A stretch of 64,000 nucleotides of DNA, taken from positions 17,686-81,685 of the IMG/VR virus record IMGVR_UViG_3300025168_014097; one strand, written 5' to 3'. This DNA is from a virus. Position 1 is the first letter of the stretch. Each line of letters starts with the position of its first letter. The position numbers and the translations under genes were made by a program. Of this stretch, positions 58,915-64,000 are shown piece after piece. A model generated the notes under the pieces. It made no database searches. It was not told the origin of the DNA and saw nothing but the letters and a program-made list of their open reading frames with translations.

Positions 58915-59808
58915 TTATTCAGAATTTGTCGGAGGACTTTCTTCAATTTCTATCAATTGCCCATCTCGCATTACTGCTGACTTAGTATTGAATACTGTCT
59001 GAGTTGGTCCAAACGTTTTTACATTTTGATTTGCTAATTCTTTATTCATGGTATCAGTAATTATGTATCCTTCCATACTAATAGTAAATGACGATCTTAC
59101 TAATCTATCTGCTTCTGCTTCTAATTCCGTTTCTGATGAAAATTCTTCAACCATTGCTCTAAATTTAAACTTCTCAGCGTCTCCCCAATATGCGTTTTCT
59201 GCATAGTTGATGGACTCAACTATTTTATTCATCTGTTCAACATATTCTGTCCATATAATACAATCATATGTTAAAGTAACAAAGTCTGGTATTACTACGT
59301 TATAATTTTCAGTGCTCGGTTTTATATCATTCATTACTGAGAAATTATCATATCTATTTCTATTGTTGTATTGTTTTTGGAAAGTATAATGAAAGTGAGG
59401 ATTATTTGCATCTAACTTATTGGACAAGTTTCTATTCTTTGCTACTGAAGTTCTTCTATATACTATTGATGGTATTTGCAATTTGCCTTGTTTATCTCTA
59501 AGATAACCATTTTGTTGTATAGATTGCCACCTTTCCGGTGATCCATATATCATTGGAACCTTTACAATCTCATCTCCATCATCAACAGTCGGTCGGATAA
59601 CATTATCAAAATAATATTGAACGCATTCATCAATATCATACAAACCAAGATAATAATTCTTAACCTTATCATCCCGCTTGACTTGATGACCACGGTCAGT
59701 AGATACTATACCAGTATTAACATTTGCTAAGTCTGGAGTTCCTCCTTTTGCTTTGGGGATGTTGAATGCTGCGTCTGCAAGATTTCTATTTTGATCATAT
59801 TCAGCCAT
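58915..59808 (-). CDS. Tail sheath stabilizer / tail terminator (gp15-like)
   Basis: KVPMIYGSPERW, P...Y, PDFVTLTY...WT...QMNKIVE; lies between the neck and sheath genes. Confidence 0.7.
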   Translation of the reverse strand: MAEYDQNRNLADAAFNIPKAKGGTPDLANVNTGIVSTDRGHQVKRDDKVKNYYLGLYDIDECVQYYFDNVIRPTVDDGDEIVKVPMIYGSPERWQSIQQNGYLRDKQGKLQIPSIVYRRTSVAKNRNLSNKLDANNPHFHYTFQKQYNNRNRYDNFSVMNDIKPSTENYNVVIPDFVTLTYDCIIWTEYVEQMNKIVESINYAENAYWGDAEKFKFRAMVEEFSSETELEAEADRLVRSSFTISMEGYIITDTMNKELANQNVKTFGPTQTVFNTKSAVMRDGQLIEIEESPPTNSE

Positions 59809-60413
59809 TATATCCCTCTAACACCCAAACCTTTGGTTACTCGTTCAAATCCGTTACGTATTTCTTCTATTTTCAACTTACTCCTTCTTGATTGGTGTGT
59901 ATTTACTATTATTGATAAACTCGATCCAAATACTTCTTGGTATCCACCTATTTGGAATGGCGTTCCATATGCAGGATCTCCTACTACCATATCTCCAATA
60001 TCTTTATCTTCTTTTGCTGTGGTGGTCTTATCATGTTTACCCATAAAATATTGATTTTCCGTCACACCATCTACTTCCCAATATTTTTCATCCCAAGCTA
60101 TTACATCACCTACCTCTAATACTACATCAGCTATCGTTTCTAACTCATATTTTAAAAATGCAAATGTTGCTGTCTGATTCATATCAGGTCCAAATTCGTC
60201 TGAACTCCAAGCTTGATCCTCGTGGGTAATTAAACTTGCAACTCTTACACCTGGTTTGTATATTTTATTTATAGCTTCTCCGTATAGATTAGCTTTAGTG
60301 TCATATAACGATATTTTAAATATATCAATAGTAGTATCTACGATATTGTTCAACAACTCTCTGTTGACAGATCGTACAAGTGCTACATCTCTATCTCCTC
60401 CAAATAATGCCAT
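59808..60413 (-). CDS. Neck protein / head closure (gp14-like)
   Basis: NLYGEA, FG, EVGDVI.W...YWEV; follows the gp13-like gene. Confidence 0.68.
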   Translation of the reverse strand: MALFGGDRDVALVRSVNRELLNNIVDTTIDIFKISLYDTKANLYGEAINKIYKPGVRVASLITHEDQAWSSDEFGPDMNQTATFAFLKYELETIADVVLEVGDVIAWDEKYWEVDGVTENQYFMGKHDKTTTAKEDKDIGDMVVGDPAYGTPFQIGGYQEVFGSSLSIIVNTHQSRRSKLKIEEIRNGFERVTKGLGVRGI

Positions 60414-60417
60414 CTAT

Positions 60418-61572
60418 TTACCCCATGTATATGTGTAGTGGAACTCTGTTAAGTTGCTCTTGTTGAAATTCAGATATTTCTTTTTCACGTTCCATTAAAT
60501 TTCGCTTTGATGCTAATTCTAAATCTTCTCTAAGTTGTGTAACCAATTCTGCTTTTTCAGTAGCTGCTTCAGATCTGAGTGTATCTCCATCTAAAGTAGT
60601 TTCAGCTCCTGGAATTGGTATTGATCCATACTTACTTCTAATAGTCCCTAATAATTCCTTTGCACCCGCTAATGTATATTTTCTAATCCACTGTTTTCCC
60701 GCATCGTTTATTGAACTATACGTTAATGCATTATATGGTATATCGCTAAAATCACTTACAGAATTTGTATCAGATAAATGTGGTTTTCTAGCAGCCGTTT
60801 TAATATAATGAAAGTGCATCGTGTAAGTCTGTTGTGGTGATGGAAATATTTTTAGTTTATTATTTACTAATTCGAATGAATATGCTGACTTTCTTATATG
60901 ATCGTTGAATTCAATTGCTTGGATTCTTAATAGGTCTGCGTACATTGGCATCATCATGAAAGACGTCCCAGGTGACATTTCTCCCCAACCAAATCCATCT
61001 AACATATGTTGCGATCCTGCTCCTGTTCCTACATATGGATCAAAAAATCTTGATATTGCTGGGTCTTGTTGGTGAAATATTCTTTTTATTTCTATACCAT
61101 CAGTTCCTGGCGTTCCTGACTCATATGTTGTTACTGATGCATCTTCAAGATCGTACACTTGATTGCCACTTGTTACAGCGATAGATCCACTAAAATAATC
61201 TACATTACCACCTACACCTGCTTCTGTACCATATCCTTGTGATAATTCAATCACTCTAGCTAAAGATGGTGTAACATTTTTGCCCGACAATTCTGTCGAT
61301 GTCGCAGATCCTCGCATTTGTAGTAAATTATCTTTAATATTGAGAAAGTTTATCTGTGCTCCATATTCTGATACTGCTTCTTCAAAACATGCAAACAACC
61401 CATCTGTATTAAGTTCTATATCTACTATAGGATATCCCAATCTCTTGCAACACCACTTTGCAGTACTCGGTGCTTCTTGTTGAAATTCGCTATCAGAATC
61501 GTATAAACCAAAAGGTGTACTTGATCCACTTGTGAACGTTGCCGTTCCATCCCATATTTTTGCAGTTGCCAT
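60418..61572 (-). CDS. Neck protein / head-tail adaptor (gp13-like)
   Basis: RLGYPIVDIEL, WIRKYTLA.AKE.LG.IRSKY, TLDG..L.SEA. Confidence 0.8.
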   Translation of the reverse strand: MATAKIWDGTATFTSGSSTPFGLYDSDSEFQQEAPSTAKWCCKRLGYPIVDIELNTDGLFACFEEAVSEYGAQINFLNIKDNLLQMRGSATSTELSGKNVTPSLARVIELSQGYGTEAGVGGNVDYFSGSIAVTSGNQVYDLEDASVTTYESGTPGTDGIEIKRIFHQQDPAISRFFDPYVGTGAGSQHMLDGFGWGEMSPGTSFMMMPMYADLLRIQAIEFNDHIRKSAYSFELVNNKLKIFPSPQQTYTMHFHYIKTAARKPHLSDTNSVSDFSDIPYNALTYSSINDAGKQWIRKYTLAGAKELLGTIRSKYGSIPIPGAETTLDGDTLRSEAATEKAELVTQLREDLELASKRNLMEREKEISEFQQEQLNRVPLHIYMG

Positions 61573-61602
61573 ATAATTCCCTTTAGAGTCTAGTTGTGTA
61601 TA

Positions 61603-61611
61603 TATAAATAT
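61603..61611 (-). promoter_or_regulatory. Putative late promoter motif ATATTTATA upstream of the neck operon
   Basis: Same 9-mer, in an intergenic gap. Confidence 0.5.
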
Positions 61612-62289
61612 CTATGATATGCCCTTTTCAGTATATTTTGGAATCAAATTATCTAAGATTGGATGTCTATGGTTTTCTAACAATCTAATTGTGTGTAAGC
61701 CTTCTACATTTCGTATTTTTGATAGGAATGCTAGTCCACTATCCATCTGACGTTTCAAATCCACTTGATCGCTATCTCCACAAAACATCATTCTACTTCC
61801 TTTACCGATACGCTGTACTATCATGAAGGTTTGTTGGTTGTCTAAGTTTTGACATTCATCTACAATTACACAAGTATTTAAGAATGTCCTACCTCTCATG
61901 TAGGATACGGGTACAATTTCAATTTGTCCGTCTTGTACCATCTTATCTACCCGTTCTTTTCTAAGTAATTGGTACATATTGGAGTATATTGGGGCTACCC
62001 ATGGATCCATTTTTTCTTTTATGTTGCCTGGTAGATGTCCTATATCTTCTTTGGATATAGTTGGTCGAGTTATTACTATTTTGGTTATGTCTTTTTCAAG
62101 TAATTGATGTAATGCTATTTGACATGCTAGTAATGTTTTTCCTGATCCTGCTTTGCCAATAATTGTTGAAATTGTGTTTTGATAAATCTCCGTTTTTGCT
62201 TTTTTTTGTTCTTCATTGAGTGATAGTAGAAATCTGTAACCTTTTTTGTTGTTTTTTGGACGATCGTTTGCGAATCTGTACTTTGCCAT
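61612..62289 (-). CDS. phoH: PhoH-family ATPase
   Basis: Q..., GKAGSGKT, ITRP, GHLPG...EK, YMRGRT, DECQN, RIG, GD..QVD, RH. Confidence 0.93.
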   Translation of the reverse strand: MAKYRFANDRPKNNKKGYRFLLSLNEEQKKAKTEIYQNTISTIIGKAGSGKTLLACQIALHQLLEKDITKIVITRPTISKEDIGHLPGNIKEKMDPWVAPIYSNMYQLLRKERVDKMVQDGQIEIVPVSYMRGRTFLNTCVIVDECQNLDNQQTFMIVQRIGKGSRMMFCGDSDQVDLKRQMDSGLAFLSKIRNVEGLHTIRLLENHRHPILDNLIPKYTEKGIS

Positions 62290-62372
62290 ATGAACTCTCC
62301 TATTATTTGGGTTTAGGATTACAAGGATTAATATCCTTTAGAATAAATATCAAAATATACGTATATACAAAC

Positions 62373-62400
62373 AAAAAAAAGACCCGCACTAGGCGGGTCT
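62373..62400 (-). terminator. Rho-independent terminator after the major capsid gene
   Basis: AGACCCGC/GCGGGTCT stem followed by a T8 run on the minus strand. Confidence 0.85.
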
Positions 62401-62432
62401 CTTAATATTAATCAATTATCAATAGTTAACTA

Positions 62433-63998
62433 TTAAATAGTATCTAAACCTTTAATTGCTACAGTACCATAAAATTCTGGTCTAACGATCTTCTTCGCAT
62501 AACGCGTCATTACACCTTTTCTCGGAGTAAAGTTTTTCGGATCGTAAACTAGAGGAGTCATAATCAATGGAACATAAGGAGCGTAAACCGCACCAGTTTC
62601 CAAGAATTGTCCACCTCTGAAGCCCATTAATATTTGGTTTTCTAACATGTAAGGGTTTTTGTAAACTTGGTATCTTGAATTAAGAGCACCAACTTTTTGA
62701 ACACCCATTGCAAAGTCTGATTTGTTTCCATCAGTATCAGCAGCATATCCTGGAATTGATTCTAGAATAGTTGCAACTTTTGGAGAACATACTAGGAAGT
62801 TTGCACCACCACGCATAGTTTTTTGGTGAATTTGGTTAGAAACTTTTTGTATTTTCGTACCTAAAGTTTGGAACCAAGTTCCTTGGTTGTAAGCTTGACC
62901 TGCAACAGCATCTGCAGTAACTGCAGTGAATGTATTAGTTCCAGCGTTGTAAGTTTCACCAATTTGAGCTGACCAGTAATCTTTCGTTAAAGCATTTCTG
63001 AATAACATGTCTAAGATCTCTAAGTCAATTTCCATAGAAACGTACTCAGATAACATAGAAGTTAATTCAGCTTCTGCATCGATAGAATGGTAAGCGTTAA
63101 GATCTTGAGCGAACTCAGGAGTCCAAACAGCTTTCAGTTTTCTAGTCTTAGCAACGATTGCTTCACTTCTTAACTGAACATCTATTTCTGGAATACCTAA
63201 ATCAGTTTCAGAGGTTGCATGAGTTCCACCTTGAGTTTGCTCAAAGTCACCTCTTGTTACATCTGTTGGAGCTTTGTGATATTCAACGTTAAATTCCGTA
63301 TCACCACCACTTAAAGAACCAGATAAAACAAACTGTACACAGTCGTTAGTACCAGTTGGAGCACCACCAGTTGTGTTTGTTAACTTAGTAAATTGTGGGA
63401 AGAAAGCACGTATTTCAGCTGCAGTTGCAGTTTTTGGAACAAATGCTCTAACACCTTCCTTATCAAACCCAGTTAAGTCAGATGCTAATACTCTAACTAC
63501 TTTAATTGCTTGGTCACCAGTCGCGCCTGCTGTTGAAAGGTATGAAGCAGAGAAATCAGAATCAAAATTAATTACATCATCATTCATTAGTGTTGCACCT
63601 AAAGCTGATCCAGAGAATAATTGTGGAACAGTTGAAACTGCCACAGTTGCTTCTTTAGTACCAAGTGTACCTGTATCAACTGAAACATTGTTGATAGAGA
63701 ATCCATACGCGCCTGCACCATATAGTCCACCAGTTGGGTCACCAGATTGGTCAGTTACACCGTGTAAAGTACCCGCTTGAGTTTGAGTTGTGTCGTTCAA
63801 CGTGAACGCACCGTTTAGTGCACCACCTGCTACCGATCCACCATATTTAAAATCTAACCAGAAAACTAGACCTGATGGTAAGTTCATTGGTTGTACGCTT
63901 ACAAAATCCTTTGCAGCGATTTCAGCGAATATTCTTCTAACCAACGGTAGAGCAACGCCCGACCATTCTTCGTAACCAGAAGCACCTGCGCCTCTGCC
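62433..63998 (-). CDS. Major capsid protein (T4 gp23-like), 5' end outside the window
   Basis: LPLVRR, VQPM..PSGL.F, AKTRKLKAVWTPEFAQDL..H..DAEAEL, EIDLEI, YAPYVPL, TRY. The frame stays open to the window end (…GYEEWSGVALPL). Confidence 0.95.
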   Translation of the reverse strand, partial: GRGAGASGYEEWSGVALPLVRRIFAEIAAKDFVSVQPMNLPSGLVFWLDFKYGGSVAGGALNGAFTLNDTTQTQAGTLHGVTDQSGDPTGGLYGAGAYGFSINNVSVDTGTLGTKEATVAVSTVPQLFSGSALGATLMNDDVINFDSDFSASYLSTAGATGDQAIKVVRVLASDLTGFDKEGVRAFVPKTATAAEIRAFFPQFTKLTNTTGGAPTGTNDCVQFVLSGSLSGGDTEFNVEYHKAPTDVTRGDFEQTQGGTHATSETDLGIPEIDVQLRSEAIVAKTRKLKAVWTPEFAQDLNAYHSIDAEAELTSMLSEYVSMEIDLEILDMLFRNALTKDYWSAQIGETYNAGTNTFTAVTADAVAGQAYNQGTWFQTLGTKIQKVSNQIHQKTMRGGANFLVCSPKVATILESIPGYAADTDGNKSDFAMGVQKVGALNSRYQVYKNPYMLENQILMGFRGGQFLETGAVYAPYVPLIMTPLVYDPKNFTPRKGVMTRYAKKIVRPEFYGTVAIKGLDTI

Positions 63999-64000
63999 AC

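Overview
AT-rich segment of a large lytic myovirus genome. Essentially every credible gene is on the minus strand and is transcribed from right to left. From the right end: a T4 gp23-like major capsid protein (cut by the window end), PhoH, gp13/gp14/gp15-like neck proteins, then tail sheath, tube, assembly chaperone (with a probable +1 frameshift), tape measure, tube initiator, LysM and baseplate hub. Next comes a replication and recombination block: a short family A polymerase, SSB, RecA/UvsX, 5'-3' exonuclease, helicase, class II RNR, family B polymerase, clamp, GroES/GroEL and clamp loader. Between the RNR and PolB genes lies a 7-deazaguanine DNA-modification cluster (FolE, QueE, QueD, a DpdL-like T-fold protein and a DpdA-like transglycosylase). 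This cluster also carries a purine phosphoribosyltransferase, a nucleotide kinase and a dUTPase-fold enzyme. The left ~17 kb is a glycosylation island with six glycosyltransferase-like genes and an unusual nucleotide-sugar pathway (three ThDP enzyme systems, PanB, an aldo-keto reductase-ParB fusion, an O-methyltransferase, epimerases). Two recurring promoter-like motifs and two terminators are visible. No tRNA, rRNA, CRISPR array or mobile element was seen. All calls come from motif recognition by eye, and no database searches were run.
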